64,000 bases of DNA from Novakomyces olei (lineage: Eukaryota): positions 868,001-932,000 of the forward strand of contig JADEYG010000012.1 of the NCBI GenBank assembly GCA_016906335.1. The letters are read 5' to 3'. Below the pieces are notes generated by a model. The model saw only the letters and a program-made list of their open reading frames with translations. It searched no databases and was not told the DNA's origin. Positions 37,618 to 49,617 of this stretch are shown one piece after another. Positions within the stretch are counted from its first letter, which is position 1; each line of letters starts with the position of its first letter. The translations under genes were made by a program, and so were the position numbers.

Positions 37618-38976
37618 ATGGATCACCGGACGTTTTGGTCAAATGGAAATAGTAGGAACGCTCAAGATGGAAGCGCCGACTTTGAAAGCAGCCAAGATGG
37701 CGTGTTCTCGTTTGGGAGCAGCTTGCGACGTAAAAAACGGGTCAGCTACCACCTTGATCCGGATGTAGGCAATTTTCATTTTGGAGATCGCCATCCTATG
37801 AAGCCGCACCGACTCGCGCTTACAAACAGTCTTGTGCTGGGATATGGCCTTCATAAGAATATGGAAATATACTCACCGCGCAAAGCGACAGATGAGGAAA
37901 TTGCACAGTTCCACACGGAGGATTATATAGATTTTTTGCAGCGTATAACACCGGGCAACGTTGACGAGTTTTCTGCCGTTCTTTCCCGCTTCAATATCGG
38001 GGACGACTGTCCGATTTTTGATGGGATTTACGATTTTTGTACTCGCTACGCAGGTGCTAGTTTGGACGCGGCTCGACGTCTGTCACAAAACCAATCTGAT
38101 ATCGCAATCAACTGGTCCGGTGGACTGCACCACTCCAAAAAGTCGGAAGCTAGTGGGTTTTGCTACGTAAATGATATTGTGCTGGCCATATTGTCATTGC
38201 TCCGCTGTCACCCGCGTGTTTTGTACATAGACATCGATTTGCATCATGGCGATGGAGTACAAGAAGCCTTTTACCACACTGATAGGGTTATGACTCTAAG
38301 TTTTCACAAGTACAATGGCGACTTTTTTCCAGGCACAGGCAATTATACCGAAATCGGAACGGGTCTAGGCGAGAACTATGCGCTCAATATTCCGCTCAAC
38401 GACGGTATTGATGATGCATCCTATTTCGCACTTTTCCAGAGTATAGTGGAGCCTGTAATAGCCACTTATTCTCCCACTGCTATAGTATTGCAATGCGGAG
38501 CAGACTCGCTCGGCTGTGACCGGCTGGGTTGCTTTAATTTGAGCATCCGAGCGCACGGGGCCTGTGTAAAATACACAAAAACATTTGGCTTACCTACTCT
38601 TGTACTCGGAGGCGGAGGGTATACCGTGCGAAACGTTGCATTGGCATGGTGCTATGAGACTGGATTATGTTTAAATGTTGAACTGCCTGATCAGTTACCC
38701 ATCACAAGTCCCTACATTCAATTTTGGGCGCCTAATTATAGTTTGCACCCTACTTTAGCGGGCAGGATGGACAATAAAAATTCAAGAAAGTATTTGGAGT
38801 CCATTCGCACTAAAGCACTGGAGCAGTTGAGGTATCTCCGTGGTGCACCAAGCGTTCAGATGCAGGAAATTCCTCCGGATATACAAGGACTTCGGGATGA
38901 TTCTGAAGCTGCTTTTGCCGATGAGAGGAAGGACTCGGAGGCTGGGAAAGAGGACCACAAATGGTCTGCTGTATAG
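37618..38976 (+). CDS. HOS2: Class I histone deacetylase Hos2 (intronless)
   Basis: [72 protein letters not shown]. Confidence 0.9.
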   Translation: MDHRTFWSNGNSRNAQDGSADFESSQDGVFSFGSSLRRKKRVSYHLDPDVGNFHFGDRHPMKPHRLALTNSLVLGYGLHKNMEIYSPRKATDEEIAQFHTEDYIDFLQRITPGNVDEFSAVLSRFNIGDDCPIFDGIYDFCTRYAGASLDAARRLSQNQSDIAINWSGGLHHSKKSEASGFCYVNDIVLAILSLLRCHPRVLYIDIDLHHGDGVQEAFYHTDRVMTLSFHKYNGDFFPGTGNYTEIGTGLGENYALNIPLNDGIDDASYFALFQSIVEPVIATYSPTAIVLQCGADSLGCDRLGCFNLSIRAHGACVKYTKTFGLPTLVLGGGGYTVRNVALAWCYETGLCLNVELPDQLPITSPYIQFWAPNYSLHPTLAGRMDNKNSRKYLESIRTKALEQLRYLRGAPSVQMQEIPPDIQGLRDDSEAAFADERKDSEAGKEDHKWSAV

Positions 38977-39402
38977 TATATGATACCCTTGAGAACTAAT
39001 TTGTTGATTTATACAGGTCTTTTCGTCTATTTCCTTACCATCGCAATGTATATAATAAATAGTTTATATCTACTTTGTGGCCTACTTTACCTGTATATTA
39101 TGAGAAGCTTTGTGAGAGGAAATTTGGCTAGTCAACGACTGACTAGATGTCCAGAAAATATAGGGTCTTACACTAATTATTAGAAAATTAGATAGCACAT
39201 GAAATAAAATAAGGGAATAAAAAAATAAATATCTCTATAATCAGAGCAGTACGGAACTACTGTTAAATACATTATTTTTATTTCTATATATTTTTATTTT
39301 TCTTATTCTATTTTGTTATTTTTATTTACTATACACTGTATAGTAATAAATATACAGTATGATTTAACAACTCCATTGCCAGTATTGTGCGTCCTCGCCG
39401 AC

Positions 39403-40168
39403 ATGAGAACGATCGTCCTCCCTACGTTCCCCGATTACTCGATTGAACTTAAATTATTTGTGGACGTGAAAAACTCTGCACATATCCTTGAACAATTGCT
39501 AGCTGGCAATCAAGAATATCTCTATGGGTTTGTCGATGCCGAAATGGTACAATAACGAATATGCTTGTCATAATGCTGAGATCGTCTATACAGTTGCTTA
39601 GCTCCGATCATTTGCTCACTGCGGTTCATCGTGCTATAAGGGATCTAAATTATGGCTGTATGAAGTCCAAGCATATCCATTCGGAAATTCTTGTGGCCCT
39701 TGGTGCTGACAGAAATGTAGTTTAAATATTTCTATTTTCTGATTTTAGTTCATGCTTGCAATTAAACTGATCCATCAACAATTCTAACCAGTCTAGATTT
39801 CTGAGTCGATGCGCAATTTTGGAATAAACAAAAACAGCGTCTCTTTAATTGCCCTCAAAATCCTGCCGCCAGGAGAAAAGGTCCGGATCAAATAATTATC
39901 TCGATTATCTTATTAACTCAAAAAGCAGCAGAAAATGAACGATGTAAACTCGTTAGTGGACGGTCGAGAAGTCGAGTTCAGTCATGAGTTTTTCGATGAG
40001 CACGGCAAGGTGGATAAAGTCGTCAAGGTAATTAGGGAATATATCTTTTTTATGATCTAATTCTAGGCGTACAAATATAAAACGAATGGTCTGGTCACGT
40101 TCGACAGAGATAGCGTGACCAGACTCGCACAAGGCACAATTGCGCTTCGAGGCTATCTGACGTCATGA
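39403..40168 (+). CDS. CGI121: KEOPS/EKC complex subunit Cgi121 (5 exons)
   Basis: LFVDVKNS, FVDAEM, HLLTAVHRA, IHSEILVAL...NISESMRNFGI, C-terminal GTIALRG. Confidence 0.85.
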
Positions 40169-40211
40169 CAGTGCAAGCACACCAACGTGAATGTTTATAA
40201 AGACTGCCGTT

Positions 40212-41425
40212 TCACTCACTGGGTCCATACTGCTCGAAAAAAGTCGATCTGCTAATTTCAACAAACGCGGCCCGTTTGTGAGGAAATTCGAATTCGAATT
40301 GTTTCGAGTAGCCAGTTTGTTGGAGGTAGCGGAGAAGTTTCTCATTATCATAACGGGGTTCAAGAACCACTCGCATTGTCCGGGGATCGTCCTGTTTGAT
40401 TAATAGAAATGCACTTGGAGGCTATATCTGATTCTTTTATTACCAAGAAAAGGAATTGTGTGATGCTCGACATCCACATTTGCACCATGTGCGGTCCTCG
40501 CAAAGACTCTTCGCCAACCAGCACGTGCCAGCCTCGATCGTAATCTCCAGCATTTTTAATGTAGGGCGCAAGTCTGTCCTCCTTTACCCAATACACTTCA
40601 AAATACACAAAATCCTGGCCATCTAAAGAGCCAATCAATATCTCCATATGAGGATCCTTTGCCGCCTTTGCGATGTACTCCACATGGTGTTCAATAGGAC
40701 CATTTTCTCCCCAAAACTTGGTCAATTAGCAATAATATCAAAATAAAAATAATAATAACAAAAAAAGCTCAATTAATAGTCGTTAATAATAAAATTTATG
40801 ATCAAACATTAATCCTCCATTGGACAATGCTCAAATTCAGGTTTGATGTACTCATTCTCCTCTCCAATTGCTCTTGTAATGCACCCACCTTTGACACACG
40901 TGGATTATTATGCCATTTGTTTATCAATTGCACGTCTTCCATCGGAGGATTTTCTTTGCGGAGGCGGCGAAGGGTAAATATTTTATTGCCCAGTCCAGCC
41001 ACTCTGCGCGTATACACATTCCCGTCCTTCATACCCAGGCGCTCTGGATGCCGTACACCATTGCTTTCAACAAACGGCAGAAACAGGACCCCGTTGCTAG
41101 GCGGAAAATGGGATTCTTCACTGTAAAAGGCTGCGTAAATTGGATGCTGCCAGAATGACTCAGCCAGGACTAGGAGCTTATGCCCAGAACGGAAGAAAAG
41201 GCCTGGAACAGTAAGCTGTACATTATCGCGTAATTGCTCTGCAGTGCCGTCATCGACTGCAGGAGACACAATAATCTGCAGTGCGTTTGATCGGAAGCCA
41301 CGGTGGGCCAATTGGCCTAAATTATCGCGCAAAAATTTCAAAATAACAGACTGATTCGCATCCTCAACCGCTGCTTGGTCCCGCTTATCCAAAATCAATT
41401 CTGCCACTACCTTTGGCGAGGTCAT
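40212..41425 (-). CDS. Hydroxyornithine acyltransferase, SidL/Sib3-like (IucB/AlcB GNAT family), 3 exons
   Basis: RHPER, KWHNNPRVSKFWGE, YFEVYWVKEDRL, DRGWHVLVGE, FLFLDDPRT..VVLEP, FEFPHKRAA; C-terminus GPSE (no PTS1). Confidence 0.88.
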
Positions 41426-41459
41426 AGTGACGATGATCTAGTGCTGCAAAGACGCAGAA

Positions 41460-41468
41460 TTATCTGAT
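41460..41468 (-). promoter_or_regulatory. ATCAGATAA: iron-responsive GATA repressor (SreA/Fep1-type ATCWGATAA) site
   Basis: Exact consensus match 35 bp upstream of the acyltransferase ATG, between a TATATA element and the start codon. Confidence 0.55.
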
Positions 41469-42161
41469 CTGTTACAAGGCACTATATAAAATTTGTACTA
41501 TTAAACGCCTACAATTTTGGTTTGTAGTATAAGTTTCAAAGCAATACAAGTCGCCAGCGTAATATGCCGTACGTTATATTAATATGGGAAAATACGAACA
41601 AGTAACACTACTGCCCCTCGTTATACTGCTGGTACTCGTCCGGTTGCCCAGTTTGCTGTTAGATAACGTGAAATCTCACACGGTAGCAAACGCAGACAAA
41701 ACAATATATGTTAAAATTAAACCAGATTCTGGATTCTCGAATACCCAAGGCGAACGCCTCAGAGAAAAAGAAAATCACAAAAAGTCTCGTAATAGACACA
41801 AGCGAGAAGGATTGAGCGCGTCTCTTTTCGTGTAAGCCGATTTAGTGATTCCTAGCGTTGTGCGATCAATTGTCTGACCATTAACAGTGCTTTGTTCGAG
41901 CAGATACACGGGGAGATTAGTATTTTGTTGGGGATCGCGCGAACATGTCTTTGGCTTGAAAGCTGGTGCCTTACTTCTTCATATCTCGCTCCTAGACCTA
42001 ACGGGGAAACCATACACTCATTTTGACTCAAGAAGATTTTCTTGTCTGACCTTTTTCGCTCCATTTTGTCCGTTTTTTTCCTTCTTTAATTCGTCTAAAA
42101 GTCATTCGTTACTGAACGCGCAACTTGTTAACGCGTCCAATACTGTACCCACCACAATACC

Positions 42162-45100
42162 ATGCTATTGGTACCAAAAATTGCCGCGGGTGCGGCGTCT
42201 TACCCCGTGCATGTGATTGTTATTGCTGGATTGCTTTCGAGTCTTGCGTACTTTGCGCTATTAGACATCTTTAGAGCCGGCGAATTTACACTAGACGCAA
42301 ATTACAGTGGGACGGGGTCCCTTCTTAGTGATGTTGTGAGCAGCAATACAGCAAAGTACTTTGTGAAAAACGAATCTGGCCACTGGTACCTTGACAATCA
42401 GCCTTCAGCTTCATTACAAGACCCCTCCCTTTTACCGCTGACGCTTTTGCGTATAGTTCACCCGGCAGATCAGGCAGTACTTCCCGTCCTCGAAAGGCTC
42501 TATGCAGGGGCCTGCTATACTACAGGCGATGAGGGACAGTGTTTGGGTGATGTTGTTCCATACGGCCCCTCTGATCTGTCAGAGATTGTAATTAATCGTC
42601 AAAAATTTGCAAAGTTGGACGTTTGCGACATTGCTATCCCCGGACTGCAGATGCAACAGCCGGCAGGTGGAGAAAAAGCCAGGCTCGATATACTTTGGCT
42701 TGGCCGAGCCATTGTTCGTCTGGTTGAAACGACAATTCGCTTGGCACGCAGTGCCAGATCCATTGACTTTTTTATAATGCTAGTGGGTTACGTGGCAATG
42801 CACAGTAACTTTGTTTCGCTCTTTATAAACATGAAGCATTTGGGCTCCAAGTTTTGGTTGGCTTTCACCGTGATTACATCCTCATCTTTTGCGTTTCTCA
42901 TGGCTCTTATTATTGCTCATTCGCTGGGCCATACAATCAATCCTGTTCTATTGGGCGAGGGCCTCCCCTTCCTCGTGGTAACGATTGGGTTTGAGAAACC
43001 CATAATGTTGACAAAAGCGGTGTTGCTCAGGAGCCCTAGCACGTCGCGTCATCCAATCACGCGTGATGTTGCGAGTGCAGTGGAGGACAAGGGCCCTACA
43101 ATTCTTAAAAACTATTTTATTGAGATTGCCATCCTGCTCTTGGGCGCTCTCTCTGGCGTTGAGGGACTGCGGCAGTTTTGTTCGTTGGCGGCAATAATTC
43201 TGTCACTAGACTGTGTCTTGCTCTTTACCTTTTACGTGGCCATTCTAACGATTAAGCTGGAGGTGCAAAGGATCAAGAGGCACACGTCTATCCGACGAGC
43301 GCTAGAGGAAGAAGGCATGAGCTACCGAGATGCAGAGCAAGTAGCCTTGTGCAACGACCCTCGTGGCCCCAATGATAAGATCTCCCAATCGTTTATGGCC
43401 TCGGAAGGCTGGTTTAGGGTATTCGGGGGTAATCGGATCCGGGAGTCGAGTATTACAAAGTTTAAAATTGCCATGGTCTCTGGTTTTGTGCTGGTGAACG
43501 TGTTGAATTTGTGTTCGCTGCCGCCTCTGGCCGGGATCAATTTTGCTCCTGCCTCGGTGCTGGACCAGTCCTCAGTGTTGGCAGAGACAGTTAAGCTCTC
43601 TGCTCTGGAAGATGTCTCTGACAGGATTCTTTCACGGATAACTGTGGGCAATGGCTTCAGTACTGTACATCTGGAAGTACGTGAGCCGGTTGTGTTTGCT
43701 CATATTGCCCCACTGGCCGCCCGTGCGTCTAGCGGTATTGTGAGCAGTGCAATCGCGCAGTGGACACGGTCACTTGAGTCTTCGATCGTAAGCAAATGGA
43801 TCTTTTCCTGCCTCATAATCAGCCTGGCCACTAATGCCTACCTGTTTAATGCTGCCAAAGCTGGGGGAATGATGCAGACCATTAGCCCGCCACCCACTAC
43901 AGCAAACCTGGACAATTCAGGCAGCGAAGTCCATAGAAAATCTGACTCTGTAAAGCTTCAGCAGGCAGGCAGCAAAGCCCAGCCTGCGGATGGCGCTTTA
44001 GCCGTTCAAGCTGCCTCTGCCGATACAGCGGCTGCGAGTGCTAGTCTCTTATCAACAGAAGAGGCAATGGCAATAGTCAAGAAAGGCCGTGGATCAACTC
44101 TGACGGATGAGCAATTGGTCTCCCTTGTGATAGCCAAACAGGTCCCCCTTTATGCGGTGGAAAAAGTGCTCGGCAAAGACTTGACGAGGGCAGTTCGTAT
44201 TCGGAGAGCGGCAGTTTCGCGTACGAGCACAACAAAGACGCTGGAAGTAAGCAATTGCCCCGTGGAGAACTATGACTATTCCCGTGTCCTAAATGCCTGC
44301 TGCGAGAACGTGATTGGCTACACGCCCATCCCTCTGGGAGTAGCTGGCCCATTGGTTATCGATGGCACTAGTTACTATATCCCAATGGCCACAACCGAGG
44401 GAGCTCTGGTTGCGAGCACTATGCGTGGGTGCAAAGCAATTAACGGTGGCGGCGGTGCCGTCACCGTTCTCACACAGGACCAAATGACACGGGGCCCGTG
44501 TGTAAGGTTCCCAAACCTGAGGAGAGCAGGGGAAGCCAAATTATGGATCGACAGTGACGCAGGCCAGTCTGTGCTCTGCAATGCCTTCAACAGCACCAGC
44601 CGGTTTGCCCGGCTGCGGAGTGTCAAAGCCGCTCTGGCTGGAACTAACCTGTACATCCGCTTTGCCACCCTGACTGGTGATGCGATGGGCATGAATATGA
44701 TCTCCAAGGGCGTTGAGCACGCCCTTGAAGTGCTGCACAATGAGTGTGGATTTGAAGATATGCAGATTGTCAGCCTGTCTGGCAATTACTGTATAGACAA
44801 AAAGCCAGCTGCTTTGAACTGGATCGAGGGCCGGGGCAAGTCGGTTGTTGCCGAGGCAATTATCCCGGCAAATGTGGTTAGATCTGTTCTTAAATCCGAG
44901 GTGGATGACCTCGTAGAGCTGAATATTGCAAAGAATCTGATTGGCTCGGCTATGGCTGGCAGCGTGGGCGGGTTCAACGCCCACGCAGCGAATATAGTAA
45001 CCGCCGTCTTTCTCGCTACCGGACAGGATCCCGCGCAAAACGTGGAGAGCAGCAACTGCATGACGCTTATGCGTAACGTTGACGGCGATCTGCAGATCTC

Positions 45101-45407
45101 TGTCTCAATGCCCTCAATCGAAGTCGGCACTATTGGTGGAGGCACTGTGCTGGAACCACAGGGGGCCATGCTCGATCTGCTCGGAGTGAGAGGGCCTCAC
45201 GCTTCTGCTCCGGGGTCAAATGCCCGTCAGCTTGCTCGTATCGTCGCCGCTGCCACTCTGGCTGGCGAGCTGAGTCTTTGCTCCGCCCTGGCTAGTGGGC
45301 ATCTGGTCAAATCGCACATGGCACACAACCGTTCGTCTGCACCGAGCCGTGCTCCCACTCCGGCTCCGCCGGGGGGAGCGAATACGCTTGTAAATGGGAA
45401 ACATTAG
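42162..45407 (+). CDS. HMG1: HMG-CoA reductase (membrane-bound, sterol-sensing domain), intronless
   Basis: EGLPFLVVTIGFEK, CCENVIGY, PMATTEGALVAS, GDAMGMNMISKG, TGQDPAQNVESS, GHLVKSHMAHNRS. Confidence 0.97.
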   Translation: MLLVPKIAAGAASYPVHVIVIAGLLSSLAYFALLDIFRAGEFTLDANYSGTGSLLSDVVSSNTAKYFVKNESGHWYLDNQPSASLQDPSLLPLTLLRIVHPADQAVLPVLERLYAGACYTTGDEGQCLGDVVPYGPSDLSEIVINRQKFAKLDVCDIAIPGLQMQQPAGGEKARLDILWLGRAIVRLVETTIRLARSARSIDFFIMLVGYVAMHSNFVSLFINMKHLGSKFWLAFTVITSSSFAFLMALIIAHSLGHTINPVLLGEGLPFLVVTIGFEKPIMLTKAVLLRSPSTSRHPITRDVASAVEDKGPTILKNYFIEIAILLLGALSGVEGLRQFCSLAAIILSLDCVLLFTFYVAILTIKLEVQRIKRHTSIRRALEEEGMSYRDAEQVALCNDPRGPNDKISQSFMASEGWFRVFGGNRIRESSITKFKIAMVSGFVLVNVLNLCSLPPLAGINFAPASVLDQSSVLAETVKLSALEDVSDRILSRITVGNGFSTVHLEVREPVVFAHIAPLAARASSGIVSSAIAQWTRSLESSIVSKWIFSCLIISLATNAYLFNAAKAGGMMQTISPPPTTANLDNSGSEVHRKSDSVKLQQAGSKAQPADGALAVQAASADTAAASASLLSTEEAMAIVKKGRGSTLTDEQLVSLVIAKQVPLYAVEKVLGKDLTRAVRIRRAAVSRTSTTKTLEVSNCPVENYDYSRVLNACCENVIGYTPIPLGVAGPLVIDGTSYYIPMATTEGALVASTMRGCKAINGGGGAVTVLTQDQMTRGPCVRFPNLRRAGEAKLWIDSDAGQSVLCNAFNSTSRFARLRSVKAALAGTNLYIRFATLTGDAMGMNMISKGVEHALEVLHNECGFEDMQIVSLSGNYCIDKKPAALNWIEGRGKSVVAEAIIPANVVRSVLKSEVDDLVELNIAKNLIGSAMAGSVGGFNAHAANIVTAVFLATGQDPAQNVESSNCMTLMRNVDGDLQISVSMPSIEVGTIGGGTVLEPQGAMLDLLGVRGPHASAPGSNARQLARIVAAATLAGELSLCSALASGHLVKSHMAHNRSSAPSRAPTPAPPGGANTLVNGKH

Positions 45408-45875
45408 GGTTAAAGCAGAGACAAAAACTTGTGTTTGTCTGAATAAGGAAGGGGAGAGTTGGAGAGAAAATGGTGGAATTGGAAAACCAAAAGTAGGACC
45501 ATTCATTCGTTAATTCGAAAAATTTTATTTTTTACCGTATTATTATTTTACTCTTTGACTTTACTAAATCTGGAAATGAAATGTACAATTTCCACCCTGA
45601 TCCCTATCGTTAATTTTACCTCCAAACTTTGCCTTGATACAGATAATATACGGTATTATTCATTACGCGTTGTGTACGTCTTGCAATCCTGTGCCCTTCA
45701 CTCCGGGATAGATAGTCCAAGCTGCCGTGCCCAGATTGGACAAATCTTAACCCTAACCCTACCATTAAATCATGCTGGACTGTAATTGGCAATTGCGGTT
45801 CAGCAAGTTTTTCCACGTGCTGGCGAGTGCATGAAACACTGTAAAGCCGGTGCAAGTAATCCGCCGCTGCTGCCA

Positions 45876-46561
45876 TCAAGCGACGGCCGCGTCATTTTCA
45901 GCGAGACTGTTTTGTATCCATCGAATGTACCATACCGGCTGCCCAGAGACGTAGAATACAGCGTCCTGTGCAAGTCCTGCAACAACACCATAAACGGCAC
46001 CGTACTTTAGTGTTCGTTTGAGAGCAGAGCCCCGTAATCCGGCTATATTGTTAAAATGTTGGCCAAAAGCATACATACAAAGAGCAGAGAAAAAAGTGCC
46101 AGTAGCAATCCCTGCCAGCGAACTGGAAGCAAAGTCGTGGTACAGCGGACCCCGTAGATCGTCGATTTTCCATTCGCAGCCAAAATAAAACAAGACAAGG
46201 CCAGTAGCTTTGGCCGCATAACGGAAGCCAGAAAGAATTGCACCACGCAAAACACGGTAATTACGAGTCTTTTGGTAGAAAAACAACTCTTGTCTAGTTC
46301 GAGGTAGCCGATGCATGTTCTCCGCTCTAAATTGCAAAGCATGCTGCTTTGCGCCCTGTACAAAACCTGTAGATTCAGTACCGACCGACCGACTCAAAAC
46401 TCGACCACTGTACCTAATCCAAACACCGAAACAGATGTGAAAACAGACGCGGCAAAGAGCCTTTGCGCCGGAGGCATAAATATCCGCTCTGCATTTCGGT
46501 CGCGCTCTGCTGTTCAGCTATCGGCACAGACACAAGACTGCTACTTACCTTTATCAGTCAT
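45876..46561 (-). CDS. Fungal Tim17-like membrane protein (4 exons)
   Basis: Spliced MTDKAERDR...QFRAENMHRLPRTRQELFFYQKTRNYRV with Gly-rich TM helices. Confidence 0.7.
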
Positions 46562-46961
46562 TTCGTACGTTTGAGTCTTATCGTGCTCGCACGCATTTAT
46601 TTATTTATTTATTTTTAATTTATTTTTAATTTATTTATTATTTATTAGTTATTATTTATTAGTTATTATTTATTATTTATTATTTATTATTTATTATTTA
46701 TTATTTATTTACTATACCACCATTTGTCTCGACGCATGCTGATCTTTGTCGAGCATTTATTGAAAACGCTGTAAAACATAAAAATAAATTGTGAAGTATA
46801 TTTTGTAAGACAAAACGCCAATGTGCCTTTCCAAATTGATTTCTCCTTTAACCACCTTTAGACTTCGTCATAGGTTTATCATCGAATCAATGGTTTTTAA
46901 GACGCACTTTGCACGTAAATCATAAGCTTTCAGGTTGAATACTACCATCGTCTATGTACAG

Positions 46962-47732
46962 TCACGTTCGCCGCTTAAGCTTTATTTGGAAAACCACGCT
47001 GGGTAGGTCGATCGTGTCGGCAAACACTTCAGCCGAAGCATCTAAATTAGCCAGAGCGCCGCGGATTATGCCACAAGGAAACCAACCAAACTTTTGATAA
47101 ACGTTAGCAAACGCTGAACAAAGTAGCGATCAGTTAAAGACGTATTGTACTAAATAAGTATTGCATAGCAGTAAGCAAATACAATTAAAGCAATACTTTC
47201 AAAAGGACTTGAAACACGGCATATTCACTCATAAAACTTTACCTTTTGCACGCGAGCTGAAAGTTCTGTTGATGAACAGTTGGCAGACATTCGTTGAAAC
47301 CAACGAAACGAGTTGTCAGTCAAGACAAAAACACCCTGTGATATGAGCCAAAGGAAAAGGGTAGCGTGATATCCTACCTTGTGGTTGGTCTTTAGATTAT
47401 CAATCTGTTTGCCATACAAAATCATCCACAGATCCTTGCACAAGAACTTTATCATATCTAAATCGTCCCGAAACCGCGCATGATCCCGTGAGAATCTGAA
47501 ATTAGCGTTCAGATGTACGTATCAAACCATACTTTTCGACCAACGCTTGTCCGACTTTGTAACCTACTCGCTCGAGCTTGTTGTATGTTTCTGACTGCTC
47601 CTGCTCCGCATTCTCTTCCTGCACCCACCGTTCCATCGACATTGTCATTTCAATCATTAGCAGTTCCAAGCAAGTTGCATTGACGAAATTCTGGGCGTAA
47701 GGCTCCCCCACGGCAGTAGATTGCCTTTCCAT
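46962..47732 (-). CDS. TRS33: TRAPP complex subunit Trs33 (4 exons)
   Basis: LERVGYKVGQALVE, DMIKFLCKDLW, KQIDNLKTNHKGVFVLTDN, FPCGIIRGAL. Confidence 0.92.
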
Positions 47733-47768
47733 GATGACCGCATGGGCTTGGTAATCTATGTACAATAC

Positions 47769-48004
<236 letters not shown>

Positions 48005-48213
48005 TTCTTCTTCTTATTCTTCTTCTAATTATTCTAATTTTATGGAAGCAAAACTAGGTACAGCACGATTTGTAGAGCAACTGTCTATCATATTCCACAG
48101 TTCTACGTACACGATTGTAATCGCACAGTATACAGCTAGTCAGACCGTAATTTTTTCCCAGATCTAAACAGGGCTTTTCATATTCTCAATATCTCACGAA
48201 TTGGCCCTTTTCA

Positions 48214-49221
48214 TTATGGCCGAGGACTCATACTACGCGAAAGTGATCGCTTTGGCGAGGGACTGCGGGTGGGCCTATAATCCCGATAATAGCGCCCATT
48301 ATCGCGTGCTGGTGGCGAGCGGCTATTGCCACGATGAGCTCCCGGTCGGTAAGTATCGTAATAATCTCCACGTCCTCTCCTTGGAGGAGACAAAGAACGA
48401 GACCGAGACCTGTAACGTGCAATTGGTGAGCGGCTCAGTGATCGAGACCGTGTACGGGTACGCGATCGGCTGTGTGACCGGCCAAGTTTTGCTGGTCGCG
48501 GTAAAACAATCGAAACATCGACTACAGTTCCATCGATTTGGCCTTCATGCATATGAGCAATAGCATCGTCAGCCTCTTTGGGTATATCGTAAACAATGTA
48601 AGCAAATCCTCGGTTAATCAGCACTATACATTAGCGGTTAACGTCCATAAGATGAGAAATTGGTTGAATAATGAGCGTTAAATCTGGCGAAAGCTATTTA
48701 AGCATTATTGATAAAATCATTGGCGATAGGAGAGTAACAGTAAACAGCAAAGTCGAGACAGAATAGACTATGGAACGGGAGGCATTGAGCGGCCCAAGCG
48801 AGACGTTTCAAACAGACAGTGATAGTCAAAATGGATGGACGACGAAAGAAAAATAACAGAAAAGAAAATATTACAAAAGAAACAACAGAAAAGAGAATGA
48901 CAGAAAAGAGAATGACAGAAAAGAAAATAACAAAAGAAAATAACAGAAAAGAGGGCAGCTCGTACAATTAGGATTTACTGGCATGTCGATATCGATAATG
49001 CGTCCATACTGTCCAAAAATTTCATCGAGATGATCGGCAGTAATGTTCCTTGTAAGATTTTCCACTAGAACCTTTGAACTTGTCAGCACTTTCAAACAGC
49101 GTCTTGTGCCTACCTTTGACGAAGCTGTTGGCGGCGATAACGAACGCGAATACGATCGGCCGCGCGACGGTGAGCGCGACCGTACAGGCGTTGGCGACCG
49201 CGAATAGGCCCTTTTATACAT
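48214..49221 (-). CDS. RNPS1: RNPS1-like SR-rich RRM protein (3 exons)
   Basis: VENLTRNITADHLDEIFGQYGRIIDIDMP...NRGFAYI...AIAHMHEGQIDG flanked by RS repeats. Confidence 0.85.
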
Positions 49222-49617
49222 TCAGCAAGTGTTTAAACGTAGAATCTTACATTGCTCGCTCAAAGTCAATTGGCGCTATTGTTATTATGAATTAATATCT
49301 GAATAATTATTATAAGCTTGCTTGCTTACCCAACCTTGCCCAGCATTATGGTGCACTTTTTACACAAAGCAATTATACTGGCACTTAATGTATGAATACT
49401 GACAAGCAGAAAAGCAGAGCTAAATAACTCTGCAAACTCAAAGTTTAGCAAAGTCCAATTTGCCGTTTGCAACTACAAATGTGCTTGCACAATTACTGGC
49501 TTTGAATCCTAATCTATGTATCGGCATGTATTGCTTAATACTAGCTTACAAATGGTCTCGACTGTGCTTGTCGACTTTTGTGTAATGAGGCGCTATTGCT
49601 CTATGAAAATACGGGTT

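Noticed and set aside
43322-45169. Long antisense ORFs within HMG1 (and similar ones within COG4, TRM1, GPI7, STI1)
   Set aside because: Shadow frames of real CDSs with no recognisable motifs
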